64,000 bases of DNA, taken from positions 11,935-75,934 of the forward strand of contig PCXB01000063.1 of NCBI GenBank assembly GCA_002787535.1. Direction: 5' to 3'. This document shows, piece after piece, positions 29,165 to 38,631 of this stretch. The notes beneath the pieces are model-generated. The model saw only the letters and a program-made list of their open reading frames with translations, did not search any database and had not been told where the DNA came from. A program made the position numbers and the translations under genes. The DNA comes from Deltaproteobacteria bacterium CG11_big_fil_rev_8_21_14_0_20_45_16. Its GTDB lineage: Bacteria > Bdellovibrionota > UBA2394. Every line of letters starts with the position of its first letter. The first letter of the stretch is position 1.

Positions 29165-30838
29165 TCAAAAGTAAATTAGATCAAATAGCTTGGACCAAAT
29201 GCTTTTGCCGAATTTACTTCCATTGCCTTCTGGATTTTTTAACTGACTAAGAATCTGTTCAATTTTTCGCTCTAAGCGAATGATGCGCGCCTGATATTCG
29301 ACAATATGATTGGCTTGTTCGGAATTTTGGTCCTGAAGGAGGAGTACTTGTGCCTGGAGTGAAACGAGTTCCTCTCGGGAGGTTGACAAATCGTCAAGAC
29401 AGATTCTTAGATCTTCGTCATCAGAAGCAGGCGGAGGAGCTTGCTCTGGTACATAGGAGAGAAATAAATAGGCGCGGCCAGTATCCGTTCCTCCCGAATC
29501 GTGAAATGGCGCTGCACAAAGAATGTCGGATTGACCATCCCCGTTAGCGTCAAAGTTCGAAGATAAACCTCGGCAGGGGACACTAAATGCGTCAGAAGAC
29601 GGACTTTCGCCCGTGATGGTTTGAATGAATTGAGAGTCAGCGAGGGAAACTAAGTATAGACGACCCTGTCCGGCGTTGTAAGTTGGATCGCTGATGAGCA
29701 AGTCCGCAATTCCATTTCCGTTTTGATCCCCTGCGCTCGATAGAGAAGCTCCAAAGTTGCAATTAGCCCCTGTGCTTCCGCAGTTTTCATAGGATTTCCA
29801 TTCGCTAAGAATTGAGAGATCTCGACCTGAATACAAGCGGACGTAGCCACGATCACTTTGCTGGTCAGCACCTACGGCGAAGTCGTCGAATCCGTCTCGA
29901 TTGACGTCTCCCACAAAACTTAGGCCTCTTCCAAATTGGTCTCCAGCCACGTCCCCTCTTAGAAGAATTCGGTTTTGAAAATCATTTCCATCGTAGCCAT
30001 AAACAGCTCCTGAACCTGATCCGTTTACATCCTCAAGAGGTGCGGCCACGAGAACATCTGATTTTCCATCGCCCGTAAAGTCTCCATCGCAGCGAATGTT
30101 TTTAGCCCAGTCATCGGCACTCCCTTGCACACTACTGATTTTTCCAAGGAAGGCTGACGACCTGCCTGAGTAAATATATACTCCGGTATGCGCGCCGACT
30201 AAAATCTCACTGGATCCATCGGAATCTAAATCACATCCCGTCGCGATAGATCGACCGCACTCATCGGAGACTTTAGAATCACAATAAAATTGAGAGAGGA
30301 TCTTATAGTCAGTCCCACTATAGACGTTGACGTTTCCCGAATGGTAGCCGCGGGCATCACTATACGAAGATCCCACGATCACTTCGGCTAAGCCATCGCC
30401 ATTGAGGTCGGCTAATCGCACCGCGCTTCCAAAATTATTCGTCGAATCTGGATTTTGGTTAATAGGGCCTTCCAGTCTTTTGATAAGGTTGGCACGTTTT
30501 CCACCAAATAAAAAAACTGCTCCGTCGCAAAACTTAAATGGAACCGGAGGGTTTTCAAAACATCGCTTTCCTCCGGCGGGGGCACCAATTGCAAAATCTT
30601 CCAGGCCGTCTCGATCTAAATCAAAGCCGACGTCCATGGAATTGCCCATCAATTCAAATTCTTGAAGGCCAGTAAAAATCAAATCAGCGGTTGCCGCGGA
30701 ACGATCGGGGATGTCCTGTGCGATTAGGGGAAAGGTAAAGCCAAGGAAGATTACTAAACCTAAGTTTCGAATGTTGGCACATAAGGCGCGCCAGCGCTTA
30801 AATTTTAAATCGGATTCTACACACAACATGAAACCCAT
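29165..30838 (-). CDS. Secreted FG-GAP (integrin-alpha-like beta-propeller) protein with C-terminal coiled coil
   Basis: About seven FG...D(L/V)NGDG..D..VGA repeats, a PPP linker and a heptad-rich tail; start codon uncertain. Confidence 0.85.
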   Translation of the reverse strand: MGFMLCVESDLKFKRWRALCANIRNLGLVIFLGFTFPLIAQDIPDRSAATADLIFTGLQEFELMGNSMDVGFDLDRDGLEDFAIGAPAGGKRCFENPPVPFKFCDGAVFLFGGKRANLIKRLEGPINQNPDSTNNFGSAVRLADLNGDGLAEVIVGSSYSDARGYHSGNVNVYSGTDYKILSQFYCDSKVSDECGRSIATGCDLDSDGSSEILVGAHTGVYIYSGRSSAFLGKISSVQGSADDWAKNIRCDGDFTGDGKSDVLVAAPLEDVNGSGSGAVYGYDGNDFQNRILLRGDVAGDQFGRGLSFVGDVNRDGFDDFAVGADQQSDRGYVRLYSGRDLSILSEWKSYENCGSTGANCNFGASLSSAGDQNGNGIADLLISDPTYNAGQGRLYLVSLADSQFIQTITGESPSSDAFSVPCRGLSSNFDANGDGQSDILCAAPFHDSGGTDTGRAYLFLSYVPEQAPPPASDDEDLRICLDDLSTSREELVSLQAQVLLLQDQNSEQANHIVEYQARIIRLERKIEQILSQLKNPEGNGSKFGKSIWSKLFDLIYF

Positions 30839-31060
30839 CCTTGGAACGCAGCCAAATTGGAAGCAAGCCAGGGCCCAAGGAAGACAAATAAAATTTGTCC
30901 TTGATATTAAGAACTTAGCCTTTCCCCCAGGCGACCTGAACATCAATAATTGTAAGCTTAGGCCGTGCTTGGTCCTGTGCATCTTCTGCTAGTCTAGGAA
31001 AAGATTTCTATGCCGCAAGCCTCTATATAGGCATTGGGGGCCTTTTGAGGCCGATTTTTA

Positions 31061-31086
31061 TGGCTTGGAATTTGCAAATTCCAAGC
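31061..31086 (+). promoter_or_regulatory. sigma54 promoter embedded in a perfect 24-bp palindrome
   Basis: TGGCTTGGAATTTGCA (31061-31076); GCTTGGAATTTG|CAAATTCCAAGC (31063-31086) is self-complementary. Confidence 0.65.
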
Positions 31087-31093
31087 TCGGTAA

Positions 31094-33955
31094 ATGAAGC
31101 TATTTTCCATTCATACGAATTTGCGTGTTGTTTTGGTTTGTTTGTCGATCGGCTTTGGACTGTCAGCCTGTGGTTCGGGCACCCAGTATTCTGACGCCGA
31201 TGCCCAGTTCTTTGCTTCAGAAAATCCGTTTGCACCCATTATTAATCTTCAGGGCGGAAACCCTTATTTTCATGAAGTCAAAACCGCCTTTATTGATCCT
31301 GGCTATTCAGCTCGAAGTTTGAGTGATGGGGATCTGAGTAGTAAAGTTCTTGTTCAATCCAGCGTGAACTCTAACGAGTTGGGTGAGTTTGATGTTAGTT
31401 ATTTCGTTTTAAGCAAGGAAGGCTTGTTGGCTCAAGCTAGGCGAAAAGTCGTTGTTCGCGATTCAACGCCACCGAGTCTTAGTCTGAATGGTGCTTCTGA
31501 GCAAACTCTTGAGAGAACGAATGACTATATTGAGCTCGGATACTTGGCCAACGATAACTATGACAGCTCGCTCAATGTAAGCGTAACCGGAAGTGTTGAT
31601 AGTTCAAAGATTGGCACTTATAGGTTGGAATATCAGGTTAGCGATAGTTCAGGAAACTCGTCTGATCCCAAGACCCGGCTCGTCTATGTAGTCGACACGG
31701 TACCTCCCGTGATTTCAATCACACAACCTGCCCCAGAATTTATCGTGAATTCTTTTAATCAATCCGCCATTGCGACTAGTGGAACCTGTTCAGAGCAGGA
31801 TCAGGATGTTACGGTGACGAATACTTTGGATTCGAAACAAGTCGATTGTGTTGATGGCGAGTGGTCAACAAGTTTAAATTTTACGGGCCTTGCAGATGGA
31901 CCCGTTAGTATTATTGCTCAACAGTTAGACGAAGCCAATAATCTGTCGGAAGTTTCTGTGAACGGAACCAAAGATATCAACACTCCTACCGTGAGCATTA
32001 TGAACCCTGCGAGTGATGGATACTTTGTCAATGCTGGTAACCAGTATAATTTTGAAACTTCTGGATCATGTTCAGAAAATGGATCCAATAATGTTGTTGT
32101 AAGCAATGGGGTTGATCAAAAAATCATTAATTGTAGTGCCAATCATTGGTCGACAACTTTGAATTTTGGCTCCTTCCTTGAAGGTCCGGTAACTATTCAG
32201 GCTGATCACAGTGATGCTTCTGGCAATCCGGCAATTCTAGCGATTCGTCATGGCTATAAAGATACGGTGGCAGCGACCGTGACAATTGCGAGTCCTCTAT
32301 CTGGATTTTATGTGAATCAAGCAAATCAGTTCAGCTATCCGACCTATGGAAGTTGTTCGGAAACTGATCAGCCGATTAATGTGACAAATGGCGTAGATAA
32401 TCAAATGGTCAATTGCGATGCGGGATTCTGGTCGGCTAGCCTAGATTTCTCGGGCGTTATTGAGGGTTCGGTTTCTATTCAAGTCAGCCACCTGGATTTG
32501 GCCGGAAATTCGCCCGGCACAGATCAGGTAAATGGAACTTTAGATCGAACACCCCCGAGCGTGAGCATTTCTACGCCGGCTAATTTAGTCGTCAATATTG
32601 CTTCCGGTGAACAAATCCAAACTTCTGGAATGTGTTCAGAAAACAGTCGTCAAGTAAGTGTTAGCAATGGATCTGATTCCAAAACGCCTGTCTGTACGGC
32701 GAATCAATGGACGGCGACTTTAGACTTCTCGGGATTGAATGAAGGACCAATCTATATTCACGCCGACTTGGTGGACGAAGCAGGTAATCCGGCGGTTCAA
32801 GCCAGCCTTCAAGGCCTTAAGGATGTTCACGCGCCTGTCATTACAATAAACGGAGACAATCCTATTCAATTGAATTTATGCGCGACCTATGAAGATCTCG
32901 GCGCAAGCGCTTATGATAATCTTGATGGGAGCGTTTCGGTTCAGACTGACAATCCAGTAGATGAGCTTGTAGCGGCCAATTATCGAGTAACCTATTCTGC
33001 GGAAGATGCAGCGGGTAATCCGGCGGAGGAAGTCAGGGATGTCGGTGTGCTAGGCCTTGATCTGGATGGTGACACCTATCTACGTGGACTAAGAACTCGA
33101 GCGAATGTTGAGGCTATCGCGAGCGCGCCGGCGGCTCACTACGCTCTATGCTCAGACATAGATTTTAATGCAAATGAAGATTTCGTTCCCATCGGACCAA
33201 GCTTCCAAGGAAAATTTCATGGACAGGGATTTAAGTTTACAAATATTACCATCCACCAATCTTCGGATAACGAAGTTGGTGTTTTTAGTGACAGCTCAAG
33301 TGGCGCCGTCATTCGAAATCTTATTTTGGATACTGTTATCGTCGAGGGCCGCAATAGCGTAGGTAGTCTTGTTGGCATAAATCGTGGAGAGATCCATCAA
33401 GTTAGGGTTCAAAATGCCGTCATTAGTGGAAACGATATGGCGACCGCTATTGGGGGATTGGTTGGGTTGAGCGAAACGGACGCAGAGATTCATGAGGCTT
33501 CCGTGGTTTCTTCCTCCATATCAGGAGAGCGAGAAATCGGAGGACTCGTTGGACGGAATCGGGGCGAAATCCATGACTCTTTTTCTGGTGCGAGCGTTAC
33601 CAGTACAGCTTCTTCCAATTCTAAGGTGGGAGGCTTAGTTGGCAAAATGGATCGCGTCGGACGGGATGATCCGATTGTATTTCATTCGTATTCTCAAGGT
33701 GCTGTTGAGGGCTTGGATGTTGTTGGCGGGCTTATCGGTGAGAATTCTTACGATGATACGGTTATTGCATCTACTTGGGACGAAGAGACAAGTGGTATTG
33801 AAGGTCCGAGTCCTGACGAAGATCGCTTTGGAATCGCGTTAACGACAGTCGAAATGCAGACGGAAAGTACATTTGATTCCTTGGGTTGGAATTTGATTTC
33901 AATTTGGTTTATTTCTATCGACTCGTATCCGGAACATTTTTGGTATCAACCATAG
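31094..33955 (+). CDS. Large surface lipoprotein: DUF5011-type Ig domains, four Cys-paired Ig-like repeats, C-terminal GLUG domain
   Basis: Lipobox LSAC; three 'P.I.L.G...(D/E).G.SA.D' modules; four ~97-aa repeats with SG.CSE and C...WS.SL.F; repeated (V/I)GGLVG. Confidence 0.85.
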   Translation: MKLFSIHTNLRVVLVCLSIGFGLSACGSGTQYSDADAQFFASENPFAPIINLQGGNPYFHEVKTAFIDPGYSARSLSDGDLSSKVLVQSSVNSNELGEFDVSYFVLSKEGLLAQARRKVVVRDSTPPSLSLNGASEQTLERTNDYIELGYLANDNYDSSLNVSVTGSVDSSKIGTYRLEYQVSDSSGNSSDPKTRLVYVVDTVPPVISITQPAPEFIVNSFNQSAIATSGTCSEQDQDVTVTNTLDSKQVDCVDGEWSTSLNFTGLADGPVSIIAQQLDEANNLSEVSVNGTKDINTPTVSIMNPASDGYFVNAGNQYNFETSGSCSENGSNNVVVSNGVDQKIINCSANHWSTTLNFGSFLEGPVTIQADHSDASGNPAILAIRHGYKDTVAATVTIASPLSGFYVNQANQFSYPTYGSCSETDQPINVTNGVDNQMVNCDAGFWSASLDFSGVIEGSVSIQVSHLDLAGNSPGTDQVNGTLDRTPPSVSISTPANLVVNIASGEQIQTSGMCSENSRQVSVSNGSDSKTPVCTANQWTATLDFSGLNEGPIYIHADLVDEAGNPAVQASLQGLKDVHAPVITINGDNPIQLNLCATYEDLGASAYDNLDGSVSVQTDNPVDELVAANYRVTYSAEDAAGNPAEEVRDVGVLGLDLDGDTYLRGLRTRANVEAIASAPAAHYALCSDIDFNANEDFVPIGPSFQGKFHGQGFKFTNITIHQSSDNEVGVFSDSSSGAVIRNLILDTVIVEGRNSVGSLVGINRGEIHQVRVQNAVISGNDMATAIGGLVGLSETDAEIHEASVVSSSISGEREIGGLVGRNRGEIHDSFSGASVTSTASSNSKVGGLVGKMDRVGRDDPIVFHSYSQGAVEGLDVVGGLIGENSYDDTVIASTWDEETSGIEGPSPDEDRFGIALTTVEMQTESTFDSLGWNLISIWFISIDSYPEHFWYQP

Positions 33956-35045
33956 GTTGGAAGTCAATTTCGCAAAGTACGAGATTTTCAAAACTTGATC
34001 GACCGGTCGACATTTCATTCCGAAAAGATCTAAATGCAATTTTCATTATATTATTTTTTGTGGACAAAATTTGATTGTAAAAACCAGATGATCCGCCAAT
34101 TCCAATATGACTCGTCGTCCATTTACCCAGGCTATAAATCGCCAACTTCGGTTCAAGCTTCCAAGCATCAAGGTACAAATAAATGGGTCTCTCAAATGGG
34201 GCAACGATTTGCGCATCGATGTCCATCCCAAGATAGTTTTGATAGGCGATTCCATCAATAGTTTCGTGCGTCCAAAGTTCTGATTCCAAATTGAAAATAA
34301 GAAGTTCGAAATTTCCATTTTCCCTATTTAGATATGAAATAAAAGCTTCTTTGTCGGTCACGACGAGCTTTGCGTGGTCCGTTCGAAACTTGTGCTTTGG
34401 GCGGTAGGTGATCAGATTCGAATCCGTGCATAGGGAAGCCCTTTGAAGATAAATCCCGTCAGTAGATTCAAGCACGATCCACTGGCGGCCATGAGGATCA
34501 TGAGCCAGGCTCAACACGAAATCTTCGGAACTAGCCCCTCCGGAAACTAAATGATTTTGGTCGAAACATATCCAGTCGAACCCCCCACTCGTATTCTCGA
34601 TCTGAAGGGTGGTTGATTCGGATGTTTGATCGAATGCCATTAATCTCGAGACTCCAGAGTTCAAAAGCTCTTCCGGTTTTCCATTGGCCAGAAGCCAAAC
34701 GGATTCTTTATTACGGTAGGCAATGAATTCATCACTAAGTTTAATCTCCGCCGCCTCGGTCGCCGATTCATCAAGTAGAGTCAGACGAAGCGATACGGGA
34801 TCAATCTGAACTAAGCCGTGTTGAGGAGCCTCTTGATCACGAACCACACTCACCAGCTGTTTATCTGGAGTTTTCGAAAGGTAGGCGCCAATATCTAGGT
34901 CTTCATTAGCAAGCCGGCAATGAGTTTCAGATTGTTTCAGTCTAAGTTCAAGATTGTGAGAGTTTGACATGGCGAGCTGGCGAACCTGATTCTCACCACA
35001 ACCTAATAGGTAAAAGACTGAGCTGATCGCGAATAGTATCTTCAT
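33915..35045 (-). CDS. Lipoprotein, probable beta-propeller
   Basis: Lipobox LLGC; blade-like segments 'ISYLN...ELL...WTHETID' and 'YLYLD...KLA...WTTSHI'. Confidence 0.65.
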   Translation of the reverse strand: MKILFAISSVFYLLGCGENQVRQLAMSNSHNLELRLKQSETHCRLANEDLDIGAYLSKTPDKQLVSVVRDQEAPQHGLVQIDPVSLRLTLLDESATEAAEIKLSDEFIAYRNKESVWLLANGKPEELLNSGVSRLMAFDQTSESTTLQIENTSGGFDWICFDQNHLVSGGASSEDFVLSLAHDPHGRQWIVLESTDGIYLQRASLCTDSNLITYRPKHKFRTDHAKLVVTDKEAFISYLNRENGNFELLIFNLESELWTHETIDGIAYQNYLGMDIDAQIVAPFERPIYLYLDAWKLEPKLAIYSLGKWTTSHIGIGGSSGFYNQILSTKNNIMKIAFRSFRNEMSTGRSSFENLVLCEIDFQPMVDTKNVPDTSR

Positions 35046-36610
35046 TGAATCTCAGCCTCCTGGGCTAAGTTAATATCAATTAAAGTCATTCCCTTTTTGA
35101 CTTGAACCTCTTTTATGGCCAATTCAACGGAAGGCTTTTGGGTCGAATCATGAAGTTTAGTTTGAACAAGAGTAGGAAACAAAATGAGTTCGGGGAAGGA
35201 TGAAAAGAATCCTTCCCAAATTTCATTCGTTATTCTTTCAATGAGCCTCAAGTCATTTTTATTCATTATCTTTCTAAATTTTGTTTCTTCATCGAGAGAT
35301 ATTCGAAAGCTGTCCGCTTGAATTTGGAGATTTACGCTTTGATTAGCAAAGTCTATTTTGGGAGTGGCAGTCATTTGGACGTTAGCCACAATCTCGGTTG
35401 TGGGAATCAAGCGATCTTCAATATAAGCACCCAATCGAAGAAGATAGTCAGAAACCTGAAGAGACAGGAAATCGGGTTGAAAGATTAGTTTTGGGGCCGT
35501 CTCCGATCCCAAATCGATACGCACATCAAGATTGATTTCATCTTTGGTAAGTAGGCCCTTTACCTGCTTACCCATGTCAATGTCTGCCTGAAAATCTGTA
35601 AGATTCTCTTGATAGATTCTCATAAGGGCTTCGTTGAATAAACCTTCTGTAATAAACAAACTAAAATCCGCCTCGGAGCTAGGAAGTAAGGGCCGTGTCC
35701 ATTTGGCATCTGCCACAACTGCGGGCGCTTGCTTCAAGCGGTTTTCCAGAGCCTTGACGATATCTTCATTGGCACTAATTTTAGAACTGCCAAGAATTTC
35801 TTTAGCCTGAGTTTTTGAAAAGAAAACCGCATTGACGTATAATTCGATTTGTTGGTCACTTACAAAAATCGAATCTTTGCCTCTCGGGAAAAATGCAAAA
35901 ATGAGTGCTCTATTTTTTGGTCCTGGCGCTTTATTTCTCAGACGAATGAAGCCTCGGTTAATTTCCACGCCTCGTTTCCACATTTCAGAACGAGAAAATA
36001 ATTCGGTCACGGATTCAGCATAGACAAGTCCTCGAAACCTAGTTTCGAGCATTTCACTAAAAAATGCATTGAGCTTAGAAGCAAGTTGTCCTGAGAGGAG
36101 CTGTAAAAGATTCAGATCTTCGATAGCTCGCTGAATATTCGGAAGTTCCGGAAGTTCAATTTTCAAATTCTTCTCAACTGCCGCAACACTAAACTCATCA
36201 ATCGTAAGCCGCAAGTTGGTGGGATCTAAGCGTAGTCGGATAGGAACAGTATCTCCCAGTGTCGCCGAGGCAGCGTAGCGTTCCGCTCGAGAATTTGAGC
36301 AATCAAAACTAAAGCTTCCCGTGAAAAGCATTGAGGATACAGAGGTCAAAACGATTAGATTTTTTTCATCTGCGGCTTTCCATACTGCCTTCTGCAGAGT
36401 GAGAGTCAAATCCCCCTTCATGCTTCGGTTATCCATGCAGGCATCAATCGGCATGCTTGAACTTTTATTGAAGCTACCGATAATCTTTTCCAGTAAGGAG
36501 GGACGCAGAATGACACCCAAAGGAAAAGCCTCAGGTAGATCCGTCTGTGCTTTCAGCGCTCCTATCGACGAACCGAATAGACTTGCTATCAAGAAGACTC
36601 TAAAAAGCAT
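35042..36610 (-). CDS. Secreted protein, putative BPI/LBP/CETP (TULIP)-fold lipid-binding protein
   Basis: Signal peptide. Segments LGVILRPSLLEKII, DFSLFITEGLFNEALMRIYQENL and C-terminal VELAIKEVQVKKGMTLIDINL follow the BPI strand-helix pattern (by eye). Confidence 0.55.
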   Translation of the reverse strand: MLFRVFLIASLFGSSIGALKAQTDLPEAFPLGVILRPSLLEKIIGSFNKSSSMPIDACMDNRSMKGDLTLTLQKAVWKAADEKNLIVLTSVSSMLFTGSFSFDCSNSRAERYAASATLGDTVPIRLRLDPTNLRLTIDEFSVAAVEKNLKIELPELPNIQRAIEDLNLLQLLSGQLASKLNAFFSEMLETRFRGLVYAESVTELFSRSEMWKRGVEINRGFIRLRNKAPGPKNRALIFAFFPRGKDSIFVSDQQIELYVNAVFFSKTQAKEILGSSKISANEDIVKALENRLKQAPAVVADAKWTRPLLPSSEADFSLFITEGLFNEALMRIYQENLTDFQADIDMGKQVKGLLTKDEINLDVRIDLGSETAPKLIFQPDFLSLQVSDYLLRLGAYIEDRLIPTTEIVANVQMTATPKIDFANQSVNLQIQADSFRISLDEETKFRKIMNKNDLRLIERITNEIWEGFFSSFPELILFPTLVQTKLHDSTQKPSVELAIKEVQVKKGMTLIDINLAQEAEIQ

Positions 36611-37937
36611 AATGCAAGCTCACAGCCAGTTTATCCATGCTAGCCCGGTACCTCCCATTGGCATCGGGGTTCACAATTATATCCATACTTTCGGTTGGGG
36701 GAGTCGTAAAATTCGTAATAGTTCGTTCAAACATAAAACTATGTCCGTATTCAATGCCCAAGTTTAGTTTGGTATTCCAACGATAACGTCCAAATATGCC
36801 AACAGATAAAGTGTCAAAGTCAACTCGCGATGTCGATAGCAATTCATCGTTCACTCCATTCCAATGAAATGATCCAGTGACACCCGTTTGAAGATTTTTC
36901 CACAGGCTAAAACTTTGATTCGATCCGACTAACCAACTATCGCTCGCTTTGGCTCCTAGGCGTTGGCTCTGATTGAGACGTTCAATATTTGAGCTTTGAA
37001 ATTTTAGCGTTGTGAACCGAGTCATGGATCCAAGAACATAACGGCCATAATATTCTCCCGTCCAATAGCCAAAAGGTTGATAGCGGAGTCCGGCGCCGAT
37101 GACCGCCGGGGTTTCGATTTCGACCTGCGAACGAACGGCATTACTTTCTTGATAACCAGCGCTGTCGGCGGCGACGTTAATGCCCCTAAAAAAACTTGCT
37201 CGACCCACCATCATCTCAGTCTGAAAAACATAGCGCATGGGGAGCAAAATTGAGAGGCCGAGCGACCATTGAATATTGGGTCGATAGAGAAGACCGAACG
37301 ATCCTCCAAAGCTATGCGCTGTTGAGGTGGGAATTTTAACTCGAGATGAAAGGGATGGCTCTTCACGAAACTCGTCCGGCAGGTCCAGAATTTTGGCAAA
37401 CATCGGGCTCATATCGATATCAAGCTCAGATCTGAAAAAGGCCAGTGAGTAAATAAACGCCGCAGCAAGCGTGAGTTTGGGAGTTGGGTTGTAGGCAAGC
37501 GAGAACTGATGTTGCCAGGGCAGAAACATCGCCGAAATTAGATCATAACGTTGGCTTCCGTCGGATTGATAGTCGGCAATGGCGCCGGTCGGAAAGTAAG
37601 TTGCATACCCGATTCGCCAATCCTCGGTACCAAAGCCTGAAGCAATCGAGAGAAAGGGATTGGGAGCAATAATTTCCGTAGAACTACTGTCATAAAGTCT
37701 CCCATCACCGGAGTCGCGATCGTAAATCAACCAGGCACCGAGGAGCGCCAAATTCGCTTCAAGTTCAGTGTCTTCAGCCCCGCCGATTGAGGCAGGATTC
37801 CAAAAAACCGAATTGGGGCTCAAACGAGTCGGGCTTGCTGTGAGTCCGCCCACGCTCGGGGAAACACCTTGAGCTAAAGCGGCCAGGGGCCCGAGAAATC
37901 CCAAGCTCAGGGCACAAAAATTTTTAAAAAGACGCAC
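36600..37937 (-). CDS. FadL/OmpP1-family outer-membrane transporter
   Basis: Signal peptide, SVFWNPASI (NPA hatch motif), beta-barrel strand pattern, TPAVIGAG, C-terminal LHYAF. Confidence 0.85.
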   Translation of the reverse strand: MRLFKNFCALSLGFLGPLAALAQGVSPSVGGLTASPTRLSPNSVFWNPASIGGAEDTELEANLALLGAWLIYDRDSGDGRLYDSSSTEIIAPNPFLSIASGFGTEDWRIGYATYFPTGAIADYQSDGSQRYDLISAMFLPWQHQFSLAYNPTPKLTLAAAFIYSLAFFRSELDIDMSPMFAKILDLPDEFREEPSLSSRVKIPTSTAHSFGGSFGLLYRPNIQWSLGLSILLPMRYVFQTEMMVGRASFFRGINVAADSAGYQESNAVRSQVEIETPAVIGAGLRYQPFGYWTGEYYGRYVLGSMTRFTTLKFQSSNIERLNQSQRLGAKASDSWLVGSNQSFSLWKNLQTGVTGSFHWNGVNDELLSTSRVDFDTLSVGIFGRYRWNTKLNLGIEYGHSFMFERTITNFTTPPTESMDIIVNPDANGRYRASMDKLAVSLHYAF

Positions 37938-37945
37938 GCCGGCAG

Positions 37946-37974
37946 ACCTTAGCCGATGTATCGCTACAGCTCAA
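37946..37974 (-). promoter_or_regulatory. Putative sigma70 promoter of the FadL-like operon
   Basis: Minus strand TTGAGC-17-TAAGGT-8 nt-GTG(37937). Confidence 0.55.
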
Positions 37975-38044
37975 GATAGCACAACAGGTTCTAAGCCCCT
38001 GGAAGTTATTGGTTTTTCAAGCCTTCAGGGGATAGAATTCCAGT

Positions 38045-38620
38045 ATGAAGTCCTTGGGCATGGGAGAAAGAATTAGGAAGTTAAGAGAGGCTAGGGGCCT
38101 TTCGGTGGAGGCTCTAGCCAAGGTAATTGGCGTGTCCGAAAGCGAGTTAATTAGAATCGAAGCGAACAAGGATTTTCCCAAAATCGCTGTACTGATTGGA
38201 CTCGCCAAGTTTATGAAAATCAATGTGGCCGACATCTTTCGAGATGCGGCGGTCGGAAAATCCTATGAAATTGTACGAAAGACAGAGCGCCTCCGTCTTA
38301 GTCCGCTCTTAAGTCCCCTAGAGGCCAAACGCTTAGATTATTCTTACGAGCCTCTAACTTTATCTGGCTCCAATAAACATTTGGATGCCTATCTAATTGA
38401 GATCCCGCCGTTTCAGGGCCCTAAGCCCGATGAAAACCTTACTCATGCTGGTGAGGAGTTCATCTATATCTTGGAAGGAAAAGTTATTGGTGAACTAGAA
38501 GGCGAAAGGCATGAGCTTAGCGAGGGTGACTCTCTGTTTTTGAAATCCATGATTTCTCATTCGTTTTATAATCCCTTTGAGCAAAAGGCTCGTGCGATTT
38601 CGGTTATCTACCCCTATTAA
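38045..38620 (+). CDS. XRE-family HTH regulator with cupin domain
   Basis: MGERIRKLREARGLSVEALA...IE HTH; HAGEEFIYILEG...EGDSLF...H cupin. Confidence 0.92.
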   Translation: MKSLGMGERIRKLREARGLSVEALAKVIGVSESELIRIEANKDFPKIAVLIGLAKFMKINVADIFRDAAVGKSYEIVRKTERLRLSPLLSPLEAKRLDYSYEPLTLSGSNKHLDAYLIEIPPFQGPKPDENLTHAGEEFIYILEGKVIGELEGERHELSEGDSLFLKSMISHSFYNPFEQKARAISVIYPY

Positions 38621-38631
38621 TGTTCGAGGCA

